Positions 31,911 to 44,647 of a DNA stretch of 64,000 nt are shown in pieces. The position numbers and the translations under genes are program-made. The DNA is from Histomonas meleagridis 2922-C6/04-290x (lineage: Eukaryota > Protista > Parabasalia), in assembly GCA_020184695.1 (NCBI GenBank), contig JAANOX010000205.1:372001-436000 (forward strand), given 5' to 3'. The notes under the pieces were generated by a model, which saw only the letters and a program-made list of their open reading frames with translations, was not told the DNA's origin and made no database searches. Position 1 is the stretch's first letter. Each line of letters starts with the position of its first letter.

Positions 31911-33981
31911 ATAATAACATATAGTGAAATTTTTTATATTTTTCTATGAATTGTGTGACATTTTACACTTAATAATTCCATGAAAATCCATTTTGTTTAT
32001 CAATATCAATAGATTTCAAGTTATAACATTCGTCAAATGAAGTTCCATCAATGAAAATTACAGAATTAGATACTTATACTGTTGTTAATGCACTTTGTTC
32101 ATTAAAAGAAAGTTCTTCTATTTCTTAAACAGTATCCCCTATAATTACTTATGTAAAATAATGATTAATAAATAGCAATTAATATATATAATAATTTATC
32201 ATTTTTTTATGTTTCATTATGTTCTCTTCATTTGATTTTGGTTTATTATATATTGTATATAATAGAAAAAAGCAAATGAACAGGAAAACATATATATTTC
32301 ATAAGAATATCAAATAACATATGAAAACACATTTGAACACCATAAATAACATAAGAATATGAATATTTACATTCGTAAACATATTGACTATGTAATTTAC
32401 AATATATTATGAGGCTTGTTTTTTTATTGTAAGCTTTTGCTGAATAATAACCCAATTTTTGGGCAAGAAAAAAATAAATTATATATAAATAAAACTATAA
32501 TATGCTGATGCATTAAATGTCAATATACATATTCTACATAATAAGATAATATTTTAAAACTTTTTTTTTTTTAATCAGAAATTAGGATATTTAGATCACT
32601 TTATATTTACCCTCTAGTCATATATCAATAATATATATTTCGATTTTAAGAATATATAAATATCTTTTTTTATCATTATATAATTGAATTTATATAAAAC
32701 ACCTTAAAGTTAATGTATCGATTTTTTTGTATAAGAAATTCTCTTAAATGATTATATTTTTTTAGATAAATTAAGACTATTTACTCAAACCAGTAAAATA
32801 ACTGCAGTTATAATGTGAAATAAAAGGGTATTTTCATCAAGTAGAGTTGCAAACATAAATTGTTATATAAAATTAACATTGAGTTACGGATGAGAACTTT
32901 ATTAGCTGACAACATAATTTAATAACTTTCATACTTTAAATATAACATTAGACTTTCATTTGTTATAATATAAATAAAAAACTTCTTTCTAACTTTCATC
33001 AATATTTCTCAAAATTCATTTGAATGTTGTACCATTTCATTTCTTCTAACAACAGTTAATTTATATGGGATCAGCTTTCGAACATATTCCATATAGTACA
33101 AAGCATACTTGAAAACTTTTTAAATATATTTTTATGTATTGCCTAATATTTAAATAATATGTTTTTTTTACTTTCATATGAATATTTTGGAAGGATCTAT
33201 GTAAATGACTCAATTAAGTTACTGTCGTCCATTTCATTAGTATATCGGAATAAGTATGATAAATTCACTTTTTTTGCATTTTTTACAAATCATTTTTTTA
33301 AATTTCTTATGCATATATAATTTTCTCTAACTAGATTATTTAATACTACATACATGATTTTATATTCTAAATAAATGAGGATGAGATATTTAATTATAAA
33401 ATTGACATAAATTCAACCATGATTTTTTTTTATTTTCTCAATGAAATTTTGGTCATCACCAAAATTTCAAACAAATTTTTTTCATTATCAAATAAAAGTT
33501 TAAAAACTTTAATTCTAGTTTATTAATACACACATCTTATATAATAAAATAATATTATTCAAAATATTATTTATTCATTTGATGTAGAGATATGTGAGTC
33601 AATTAAAATTGACCCTCATATATTTTTTGATATATATTAAAATCCATTCATTCTATATTATGAAATTATATTATTAATTTTTTTATGAGCTAAATGTCTA
33701 GATATCAATGATCATAATTTATTCGATTACAAATATATTTAAACAAATTATTTTTATAAAATTTAATTGGATTTAAATGAAATATATTATATTTGATTTA
33801 TTGAGCTATTTATGAAATATTATATGAATTAATTGATTTTTGCTGATTATAATATTTGATTATTATCGACTTAAACTAATAAATTAATTTTTCTTTTTTT
33901 ATGTATACGCTTTTATTTATTATTCATATTAATAATAATTCAATATTGTATGCATTATGCGTTTAATATTTATTTGTTATT

Positions 33982-34549
33982 ATGAATTACAATCAGCCTC
34001 AACAATTATCTTTCCCGTTTATCGATAATACTCTCTCTTATTTTTTTCTTTTTTACGAATGAAGACGCAGCTATTCAATTCGCATTACAGAATGGAGTTA
34101 TTTATAATCAAATGATGTGTGAAGAATGTAATTTCGATATGCAGATCTACAGAGATTCTTCAAAAGGATTTGGATACAAATGGATATGCACAAGATGCCA
34201 CAAATCAAAAACAAAAATAATTTCTGATTGCTGGAAAGCGTATGACTTTCTTGATGATGACAATGATTACGAGCATGAAACTGTTAATCATTCATGTAAT
34301 TTTGTTGATCCTGAAACTAAAGCGCACACTCAAATGATAGAAAGACTTTGGAGGGAACTAAAAAAAATTAATAAAAGATATGAAGGAATCCCAGAAAATA
34401 AAGTCAATGAACATATATCAGAGTTCATGTGGAGATGGAATGTTATTCACAATAAGGATCAAATGTTTAGGGCCGCCGTTCAATTAATTGCAGACACAAA
34501 GTTTACAAAAGTAATTGATTGCGATGAAGAAGAAGAAAAGTTGGAATAA
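33982..34549 (+). mobile_element. Merlin/ISXO2-like (IS1595-related) transposase, internally deleted
   Basis: CxxC...CxxC zinc finger joined directly to IISDCWKAY, then HETVNHS..FVDPET.AHTQMIERLW. ATG 33982 joins the 34112 frame if one base is removed from a poly-T run. Confidence 0.85.
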
Positions 34550-34619
34550 GTAAAAATTCATATCTTCGATTGTTATGATCATTTTTTATTTCTAGAAAAT
34601 TGAGGATAGAAATATAAAT

Positions 34620-35180
34620 GATATTTTATTATGTTATTTAAATATCGATTTGTGAAGATTTATGTTACAAATTTTCGAAAATTTTCGAAAATTTAATTTT
34701 TTTGAAAAAAATATGTATATATTATCTTTATTTGATGACATATTTTATTATATTATTTAAATATTGATTTGTTTAAATTTTTTTGTTACAAATTTCGAAA
34801 TTTTGAAAATTTAATTTTTTAAACATCTGTATATATTATCTTTATTTGATAACATATCTTGTTATATTGTTTAGATTTTGTTTTGTTTAAATTTTTTTTT
34901 ACAAATTTTCGAAAATTTTGAAAATTTAATTTTTTTAAAAAAATCTGTATATATTATCTTTATTTGATAACATATCTTGTTATATTGTTTTAGATTTTTG
35001 TTTTTGTTTAAATTTTTTTGTTACAAATTTTCGAAAATTTTGAAAATTTAATTTTTTTAAAAAAATCTGTATATATTATCTTTATTTGATAACATATCTT
35101 GTTATATTGTTTAGATTTTTGTTTTTGTTTAAAATTTTTTGTTACAAATTTCGAAATTTTGAAAATTTAATTTTCGAAAA
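34620..35180 (+). repeat. Tandem repeat of ~115-122 nt, about 4.6 copies, downstream of the Merlin ORF
   Basis: TGTATATATTATCTTTATTTGAT recurs near 34714, 34828, 34946 and 35068. Confidence 0.9.
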
Positions 35181-38100
35181 AGATCGTCATTAATCAATCC
35201 TATATCGTGGTAAACCTTAATGTATTATATACACTTTAGTCCTATTAATTTTTTACATTAATTTGATGTCAAAAAAATCATATCAATTTTTAAAAATCAA
35301 ATAAATTCATTAATATAGCTCATTAATAAACTTGACATATGTTAAAAACTTCGATAAAATATTATTATATACATAAAAAATCGGATTTTTTAGGAATAAT
35401 TAAATTTATAAATTTTTCTGATTTCAGATTTCAATCACATTTCTCATGTTTAGTAATGTATACATATTTAATCACTCGAATTTTGTCCAACCAAACATAT
35501 TGCAATCTTGAAAAAAATAATAATTTTTCGGTAAAATGATGTTCATTCAATTATTGAATGATAATTCAATATTTATACAGAAAATTCTGCGTAAAAAGCA
35601 GTTAATTCCAAACATTTATTCAAAAAGTGAACATTTTTTTTGAAGAATTAATTATTACACACATTCATTTATGAGCGATAATATTATTTTATCTGGTAAA
35701 TTTTTCATTTTTGTATGAAAAAAATAGTGAAATAATCTATTCTATTTTTAAAAAATGTTAGAATATTTTTTGAAATATAAATCTAATGAAATATATAATT
35801 TTTAATGACAAAAATTGATATAATTTTAATTTGATAATAATCTTTTTAAAATCTTAACAAAAAAAAGGGGATTCATCTTATTCAGAGTCTTATATGTACA
35901 TGAATGTATATCTTATAATATTTCTAAAGTTACCAAGAAAATAAGTGTATAAAGTTATTGTCATAATGCTAATTGATATTTTATGGGAAATATGAATTTT
36001 TCGGTCATGTTTTGAGATGATCACAATTAGTTCATTTTTTTAATCATAGTTATAATTAATAATCATTAATAAACAGTATATTAATCTTGAAATAGTTCAA
36101 CATGAAAACATTTTTATTTTAGATCTTAAAAGTCTTCTTTGTAATTATAAATCACTTATATATATATATCCATTGAAATTTAACATTATTAAAGATTTTT
36201 ATAGGTGATTTCACGAACCTTGATCCAGAAAATAATTGTAATTTACAATTTTCATAATTATTTTATTTCAAATTCATTAAGTACAATTACTTTTATTACA
36301 TTTCGAGTTACTACTATTTCTTATGCATAATATAAAGAATTTTTTTTTAAGTTAGGTATCATAATAATTCATATAATTATATTAAATTTATACATTTTGT
36401 TCATTGATAGATCAAGATAACTTAGAATATTTGAAAAAATTTCATTATTTAAATCATAAGAGAGAGACTAAATTAAGGTAGAGAAGTCATAATTTATTAT
36501 AATAAACAAATTAATATAATATTCATATTTAAAAATCATATATACTCACATTTATTAATTTAATTCATGCTATGTTATATTTGTTAATGGACATGTATAT
36601 TAAGTGTTTTTCAATGTTATCCTATGTTAACTTTTTTTCCCCCCCCCCCCCCCAGTTCTTTATGTTATCTCAACTTTATTCATTTTTATTCTATATTTGA
36701 TGATGCTATTTCATGCTTATCAAAAAATTAATATATTCCATTCTTTTTTTATCTTGTTAAATTAAGCTTATTTATGCTTATTCATTTTAATTATGTGTTT
36801 TCTCCTTGCATGTGGTATGAGTGTTATATGTGTTTATGTGCCGGATGATATATATTAAAGAAAATAGCTAGGAGATTTGCATAATACTTATTATATGATA
36901 TTTATATTTAAATAATCTTGGAATAATATATTATTTCTCAAGGAAAATTTTAGTATTACCAAAATTGTTTGTAAAAACTAGTCTTTTACGATTATGGAAT
37001 CGTAAATGGAGCTTTTATAGATATTCATTAACATGTTAATATTATTATAAATGATTAAAGGAATAAAATAAGCTAATAAAATTATAATTTTATATACAAA
37101 TGTCATTAATAAATCTTGTTTTTATGAACACAGCCAAATAATAAATGTTGAAATACCTAATTCTCTTTATTACAATAGAATAACTTATTTTATAGAATAT
37201 TATTACATGAAATTATAATACCAAAATCAGCGATGTCAATTTCTCCAAAATATTTTATCTCATATTGTATTATGTTCATATATGTTAAAACCATGCGATT
37301 TTTCGTGTTGTATTTCATTCGAATAATAGTAAGGAGGGATTTTAATTATTCTATTTATTCACAATAAAGTAAGGACACTTAGTTTGAATAAACTTTATAC
37401 AGTATTGAATCGAAAATTACTTTAAATGAATTCAAATAATATTGTTATTTCATTTGATCTATTATATCTTGTAGCTTATTCACTCATGATTCTTCATGTT
37501 TACTTATGTTAATTCAAATTCATTTGTGTTTGTATATATACCTACTCATGTTCATTAATGAATGCTATAGTTAATTCATGTTTATTTATTATTCTTTATG
37601 TTGTTTTTGAATAAAAATCTTGAGAATTGATTTTTAAAATGAATAAATCTCAATATTAACTGAATATAAATCAAAATTAATGAAACTTTTAATATATCAT
37701 ATAATTTTAATAAATGTGATAAAGATATTTTTCAACTATTTAATTTTAAGTGAAAATGATTATCTATAATAAAAAAAATTCGAATATTTTAATATTTAAC
37801 AAAAAGCATTAATTATTATATATGTTTTTTGGTTTACAGATCAAAATCTATTTATATATATAAAAGTCGTATACTCAAGTAATCCGAATCTGAGCAAATA
37901 ATTTTTATTTTAAAATTATTTTATATTATAAGTGTATATGCTTGAAAAAGTAATTACAAATTTTCTGAAGGGACATCTCCAAGAGTCGATGTAATAAACC
38001 GGAATGTTTTTCATATGAACGGTCGATATTTCTTCACTTTTTATATAGTTTACACCCGACTGGCAAAATATTCAACGATTAAAATGTATTCAAAAAGTCG

Positions 38101-38523
38101 TTACATCGAAATGTCCTTCGACTTTTCCAATTATCTATATCAAATGTGAACAATTCAATTATTCTTACATAAACGTCACTTTTACGATGAAGATACGATA
38201 GAACTTTTTGAACATGATCAAAAAGTTTCATCGTATCTCTATCGTCGGTCCGAGAACGAAAATTTATTGCCGATCCATAACCATCGCCGAAGATGGATGT
38301 ATTGCGGGTAATTATCAACAGTTATGGTTCATTCATCAAAGCAACAATTAATGCAAAGGAGTTCACTCATAAGAACAAATTTTCAAGCAATTTTGTTGAG
38401 GCGGATGTCCGATCAATTGATCGATCACCAACATCAACCACTAAGCTTGAATCAAATAAAGCTTGGTGTCAAACAGTACAGACTCAAAAGACATTATTTT
38501 TATCAACAATAAAAACTAATAAT

Positions 38524-39452
38524 TTATTTATTAATACATTCAATTTCATCTGGCTTCCCAGGAGACCAGTGTTCTCATTTAAACCATAGATCTGCAGGTG
38601 TTAACCACTCACCAGTCATTTGATGAATACCGCTATGTGGCCACACATTATTATATTCATCAACAACAGATTGCAAGTGCGATTGTCCCTTCGAACTCTC
38701 ATATGTTGCCCACCGTCTTTCCATTTTCCCGTTTTGCTGCGGGGTATTTGGATGTGTTCGCCAATCAGTGATTATGTGATATTGTATGAATTGTTGTGAA
38801 AGGGCACCAACAAATTCGCCTCCGTTATCAATAACCATTCTGGCAGGAGCATGAGATTTTGAAAGTACAATGACCAATTCTTGTGCAATGGTTATGCTTT
38901 CTTTATTAGTAACAATTTTAGCATGAATAACATATCGAGATCGATCATCTAAAAATGCAACTATATATTGTTTTGGATTTTCTTTTCTTCATCTTCATTT
39001 ATATTATTGTGTTCTTTTATCTCATGGAAATCTGTGTGCCATATCTGCCCGACCATCTTTGCTACATATCGGATTCTTTCGACCTCTTTTTCATGATATA
39101 AATGCTCAAATTAAAAAAGTTATTCAATTTCGAATATCCTTGAACACTATTTTGCTGAAATTGAAATTATATTTTTTTCTGTCAAGTGCGAAGGCACATC
39201 TTTGATAACCAACATCAAATTGAAATTCATAATTAATTACAGCATCGATTTCTTCTTGAGTTGGTATTTTTGGTTTTCGTCCTTTGAGGACTCTTGGATA
39301 TTCCAAACCTGCCTTTTTAAATTCTTCTTTCAAACATTTGGCACTAATTGCATCATTTTTTAGAATACTTCTTACAGGAACGCCATCATTTAATTGCTGT
39401 ATGATTATTTGAAGTTTCTCCTTGCTCAAGTCTTGATTGGTATTCTTTTCAT
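38524..39452 (-). mobile_element. Second, diverged IS481EU-like transposase remnant (frameshifts and stops)
   Basis: VGYQR, QIWHTDFH, FLDDRSRY, VIDNGGEF, TPQQNGKMER and YNNVWPHS are collinear with the 9189-10100 transposase. TIRs were not found. Confidence 0.82.
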
Positions 39453-40120
39453 ATTATAATAATGAATTAGAGAATAATACACAAAATTGTCAAACGATAG
39501 CTATCCTACTATCATAACGGTATACTTACATATTTTGACATTTGAAACTTTTTGACTGCTTTTCAATCACCTTTGCATCAACTTTTCCTGAGTGTAAAGT
39601 ATCCAATTTGGGGGCCGTTTATTTTTGGAAAACATTTTAAGGCTGAACATTTTTCTATCAAATGATCTTTGAGCTCTCAATTACGCATTATCGAACAAAA
39701 CTAGTTGAGGTGAGCTATGTATCGTTACTAAAAACGAAACATAATAACTTGAATTACCTGTAAAGATTGAACAAATGCAATAGTTGAATTTCTATATTTT
39801 TAACCAACATATTATATATAGCTCTATCACAATGGACTAATACTGCATGTGATACATCAGAAAGCTAAATAAAATAAATATTTAATGTTTTTGAATGATA
39901 ACGGTCTCAAAATTTTTGAGTGTCCAGAATATTTGTACGGCTTACAAAAAGTGCAAAAACGTATTTATCACTTTTTTTCTAAAAAAGTGAGCAGTATCAG
40001 TCTTCTTTTGCATACTGAAATACAAAAAATTCAAACTACAGTTCAATTTGTTTGCACATGTGATCAATTCCTAATGAAACAAATAAATCAATAAAATTAT
40101 TCTTTTACAAATTATCTATT

Positions 40121-42526
40121 TTATTGTAGCACCTGTAACACCTGTGGCCTTACCGACTTCATCACTTTTGTTTGGTTAAACAACAGTTGCTTCAAGTCTG
40201 GGTATTCCCTAATCAAGTCTGTAATTCTTTCTGGCTGTAGCATTTGTATCACGACCTTAAATGAGTGTGGCTTTGTCATTGCGATAATTCTCATCAATAT
40301 GTTCCATGGCTTTTCTTTCTGGAAGAGGTTCAATGCGATCAATTGAGGGATCGTATGATTGAGAACGTATCGATAACATTTCTCATTTTGGAACTTATTT
40401 ATAATCGCAAACAGCGTGTCCATAATCAAATCCAAGCTTTCTCTCTTTCGAATAATCGCATCGACTGCGCTAATGCTCGTCTGGTAGTCCAGGGCGTCCT
40501 TAATTTCAAAGCTATACTTTAACGCTTCACCTGCTTTTGTGAACTGTGTCGAAGTTTCCGGAATTCGATTTAACTCGATCAAGAACAACGTCCCGCTGAT
40601 GTTACGTGGCACAACTGTTAACAGTGCCGTGACAGCACGCTTAAGACCTGCCGATGATAAGTTTAACATGTACGGTAAATACTTCTTAAACTCATCTTTG
40701 GTTAATGATGGTATAATAGGTATCAAAAATCGAGAGTCGTTTTGTTGCTCTAATTCGTTCTTCAAAAAGAGAACTAAATCGGGAGCTAAGAATGAAAATT
40801 GTTTCGCAATGCCATCTAAATACACATGGATTAATATTAACATGTCTTTGACCCCACGAGAATGTTCAATCGCTTGTTTAACAACATCAACTTTAAATTG
40901 CATTTGTGGAATTTTCGATTTCAATTTATCGCGGATTAAACTTTTGGTGTTCTTGGGTGACCCAGGATAAACATCTAATAGCGTAATGAATAATGAGCAA
41001 TCAAATTCTAATAAAGTGAAAAATAATTCCATGTATGAACTTGCTAACATCAAATCATCAATTGTAACCGCCGTTTTTAAGTATTCGATGGCAAAGGAAT
41101 TGATGGTAGGAACAAATTCTTCTTGCTTATAGAAGGTTTTGATCATGTTAATGGAGGATTGTGCAACTGATTGATCTTGTAAGATTGATAATTGAAGAAG
41201 ACAATCGAGAAATATGGGCTGAAGTGATGGCGCCATTTTGATATACTCATTGATGGCTGGAAGAATTAGGTCTGTATGTCGTGTAAACTCTGTGGATTGT
41301 GATCGAAGATTAATAAAAATTTGTTCCGGAAGTTTGGGAAGACTAAGAATAAACTCAGTAAGGCTGTCATCTGTTGAGGTTTCTTGGGTGAAAACCTCAT
41401 TAAGGATAGCCCAAACAAGATTATCATATCGAACTTCAGAATTCCGAACAAATTCATAAGTACACCATGAAGACAAGAATGGTATAAGGTATTTCTGAGC
41501 GTCAGATGACCTTTGGATAGTAAATCTTGTTGCAGGTCCTTTACATTCATCAAAAAATGGCTCATTGCTATCAATTGTCGTTATCAACATTGCAATGAAC
41601 TGTGATTGCATTGGCAATGGAATATATTGAGATCTAACTTGGAGATTAGCAAGGGCTTGCTCAATGATGAAAACCGCCGAATCGGAGGTTTTGACATCTT
41701 CTGTGGGCTGGTCCTCGTTCAGCTGCTTGATGAGTTCGGTTGTCGTTTTGGGCTCCTCGTAACCTTCGATGATCTCGAACTTGTGGAATCCTTGAATAAC
41801 GAGCTGCGCAAGTTCATATGGAGTCATGGTCTTAAGGACTTTCTGGAGCGCAAGGCGTTTCTCTAAGGAACTTACAGTACGAGGTGGAATAGGAATAATA
41901 CGTTGAGTATCTGTGTAGTTTTTAGAACACCCAAGTGATTGAAGTAGGGCATTCATCTTTGTTGCATGTTGGCCATATTTGTATAATTTAACAAAAGGAT
42001 CAAGATCAATATCAAGTGCTGCTGCAATAGAATCTTTAGCACATTGGGTTAGGGAATTAACAATTGGTTGAAGTGAAAGAAGACATGATATTGTTTCTTT
42101 GTCATCACAGCATGAGGATTTTGCACATAAATAAATAGCATCAAAAATTGATATGAGAAATGATGTGGATGGTGTACCTGTTGAAACTTCGTTTTTGATT
42201 TCTTTGATAATTAGTGTGTAAGCAACTGACCCAGCTGTGTTGTGATGCTTAGAATATGATTTAACTGTTAATGTTGCATAAACATGAATGGTAATCATTC
42301 TTAATATAAGAGGAACATTGTTCTGCCGGTTAAGCATTGCTGATGCAATTGACCAAAGGCTTTGATATTGTACTTCTTCAATATCAATATCATCTGTAGC
42401 ACTAAGAAGATTCCCAAGATTTTTCATTAAGCGTAAACATTCAGGATAACTTGGCCTAGCTTTTTCGCATTCACCTTTAAGGGCATTAATTAATTTTTGC
42501 ACATTATAATATGGTTGCTGGGTCAT
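40121..42526 (-). CDS. SYMPK: Symplekin-like cleavage/polyadenylation scaffold
   Basis: The C-terminal DSRFLIPIIPSLTKDEF...LP, LIEL and TKPHSFKVVIQML..E....PDLKQLL match the symplekin C-terminal domain. First ATG is at 42526. Confidence 0.78.
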   Translation of the reverse strand: MTQQPYYNVQKLINALKGECEKARPSYPECLRLMKNLGNLLSATDDIDIEEVQYQSLWSIASAMLNRQNNVPLILRMITIHVYATLTVKSYSKHHNTAGSVAYTLIIKEIKNEVSTGTPSTSFLISIFDAIYLCAKSSCCDDKETISCLLSLQPIVNSLTQCAKDSIAAALDIDLDPFVKLYKYGQHATKMNALLQSLGCSKNYTDTQRIIPIPPRTVSSLEKRLALQKVLKTMTPYELAQLVIQGFHKFEIIEGYEEPKTTTELIKQLNEDQPTEDVKTSDSAVFIIEQALANLQVRSQYIPLPMQSQFIAMLITTIDSNEPFFDECKGPATRFTIQRSSDAQKYLIPFLSSWCTYEFVRNSEVRYDNLVWAILNEVFTQETSTDDSLTEFILSLPKLPEQIFINLRSQSTEFTRHTDLILPAINEYIKMAPSLQPIFLDCLLQLSILQDQSVAQSSINMIKTFYKQEEFVPTINSFAIEYLKTAVTIDDLMLASSYMELFFTLLEFDCSLFITLLDVYPGSPKNTKSLIRDKLKSKIPQMQFKVDVVKQAIEHSRGVKDMLILIHVYLDGIAKQFSFLAPDLVLFLKNELEQQNDSRFLIPIIPSLTKDEFKKYLPYMLNLSSAGLKRAVTALLTVVPRNISGTLFLIELNRIPETSTQFTKAGEALKYSFEIKDALDYQTSISAVDAIIRKRESLDLIMDTLFAIINKFQNEKCYRYVLNHTIPQLIALNLFQKEKPWNILMRIIAMTKPHSFKVVIQMLQPERITDLIREYPDLKQLLFNQTKVMKSVRPQVLQVLQ

Positions 42527-43063
42527 CTCCAATTTAAACCGAAAAGTGCCATTAACCTCTCGTTAGTGATGCCGATAGAGTTTTGTGAAACGCACTTTTC
42601 CGCTTTTTATGGTGATAACCGTTGAAGTAAAAGGAATATTTAAGGAAATCATGATGAAGCATATACTTTACTATTTATAGTTTCAACCGTAGAATAATTC
42701 AAAATATTTTTTATTGATATATATATACAAAAATGTCAATAAAAAATTAAGTCATAAACAATAATAACTTTTTATACATATATATTATTTTTTCAAATTT
42801 AATTTCATCTTTATAATTTTCTATAAAAATAATTATATCTATAAAATTTTTATTAAAAAAATATCTGGTATGAGAAAAAGTATATTTGCCCCTTAAACAA
42901 AAATAAAACTTCTTTAAACTATTTTATTTTTGAAAGCATTATATAAATAGAAGAAAGTACTCATTTTGAATAATTCTAATTTCTTTTTAATTAAAATTTT
43001 TAGTTTTCATTTAATAGTCATTTTTAATAACTTAAAAAATTAAAATTAAAATAATTTCAAAAT

Positions 43064-44263
43064 TTATTCATTTTCATCTGCTACAACAGGTATTTCTTGG
43101 AACACAGCCGCTTCTGGGTTGAATTCAGGGTTCATAGCAAATTGCAAGAAAAGAGTTTCAATTCTTTTTCTTAGTCCCTTTAAAGTATTTTCATTTCTTC
43201 CTCTATTTAACAAATCCGCTTCTCTATCAATTAAAGTAATTAACTCTTGAGTCAATTGGCAATTAAATTCTTTTACTGTCAATTTTAATAACAACAAAAT
43301 AGAAATTCTTTCATCCACAGACATTCCTTGTGATCTTAAAGCGTCGTAAAGATTTCTTAATTCTTTTGCGCGCTTTGTGTTTGGCGTTTTCACTTTGATT
43401 ATTTCGCCATTTGTAAGTTGCCACATTTTCTTCTTCGATATTGTGTCTAATTTCTTAAAGTTATTTTGTTCAGTGTTTTGTTTTTTCGCTTCGATTTTCA
43501 TCTTATCAATTGTATGAAGAAGTTCTGTTTCTTTCGCAAGAAGTTCTTTAAGAAGACGTTTCCTTTCTTCTTCTGTATAATTGCCATTGTTAATTGCTTC
43601 TGTTTCTTGTATATGCCATGTTGAAAGTTCATCATAAAGTGTCTTAAAATCTGCTGCTGTACGTGGATGAATTCGTTTTTGAATTTCAACATTTCGTTTG
43701 TGCTCAATTTCTTCTTGTACTTTCTTTTCTTGGATTTCCATTTGTTTCTTTTCTTCTTCTAATTCAAGTTTCATCTTGGAAACTAATTGTCGTGCAAAAT
43801 GACCACGTGTAACACGTTGGATTTTAAGAGCTGAGGCTTCACGAATTGCAAGTTCTTCTTTGGCTAAGCGATAACTACCAGCTTCTAAAGTGGGATAATT
43901 ATCATTAACAAATTGATGATAAAATGGTGTTTGACAGGAAAACTCACGAACTGTTTGTGAGTCACTGTTTGCTGTTATCTGTGTTTGACATGCTCGATGT
44001 GCTTTATCAACTAGTTTATCAAGACCTCTTTGATGTGGAAGAAGAGCTGTTTGGCCAGCAACATGATGATATTCGATGCCAGTTACTCTGTTTTTATAGC
44101 CACCAAGAAATGGTTTATGTTCTGGGAGATTATATTCAATGTCAACTTTGATTTCTACTGGTCCATCAGGCCTTAATACAGTAACTGTTCTTTGTGATGG
44201 CCTTTCCATAAACTTATCAAGATCATCAGGAATGTTAAAATCTGAAGAATTTGGATCAGTCAT
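43064..44263 (-). CDS. IQUB: IQUB-like flagellar radial-spoke protein
   Basis: KPFLGGYKNRVTGIEYHH, IQ motif KIQRVTRGHFAR, HPRTAADF..LY, and LIDREADLLNRG....LKGLRKRI..LFLQF...PEFNPEAA. Confidence 0.88.
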   Translation of the reverse strand: MTDPNSSDFNIPDDLDKFMERPSQRTVTVLRPDGPVEIKVDIEYNLPEHKPFLGGYKNRVTGIEYHHVAGQTALLPHQRGLDKLVDKAHRACQTQITANSDSQTVREFSCQTPFYHQFVNDNYPTLEAGSYRLAKEELAIREASALKIQRVTRGHFARQLVSKMKLELEEEKKQMEIQEKKVQEEIEHKRNVEIQKRIHPRTAADFKTLYDELSTWHIQETEAINNGNYTEEERKRLLKELLAKETELLHTIDKMKIEAKKQNTEQNNFKKLDTISKKKMWQLTNGEIIKVKTPNTKRAKELRNLYDALRSQGMSVDERISILLLLKLTVKEFNCQLTQELITLIDREADLLNRGRNENTLKGLRKRIETLFLQFAMNPEFNPEAAVFQEIPVVADENE

Positions 44264-44647
44264 CTAACGTATAAAAGTGACAATAAACGTGTGCCCTGAA
44301 TAACGTATTCGCTTCAACATGTTTGATTGATTCTTGTGTTTAACAATCTTATTTAAAGGTTTTCACTACATTACGATGATTTCCTTTCACATATTTTGTT
44401 TATTTTTTCTTATTTTTAGGATTCTTCAAAAATTTCATTTTAACAAAAAAACCTAATATTGCTTATTCTACTGGCAAAAAACATAACATAACAACATCCA
44501 TTATATCTATACTTTAACATTACGAGCAAAATTATTTTTCTTAACATAACAGTTGCACAAAAAGATTCTGAGTCATTTGACATGTTGCAGTCAAAGTGAC
44601 ATGTCAAAGGGCGCCCCAAATTGAATTAATTGAAAAGTTGAACCCAA

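Noticed and set aside
32709-32718. TTAATGTAT as possible Merlin TSD partner of ~35217-35225
   Set aside because: The adjacent sequence does not match the reverse complement of the putative right end, and the 9-mer is expected by chance in AT-rich DNA.
39885-40094. 69-aa ORF between the IS481 remnant and symplekin
   Set aside because: No domain or supporting signal.
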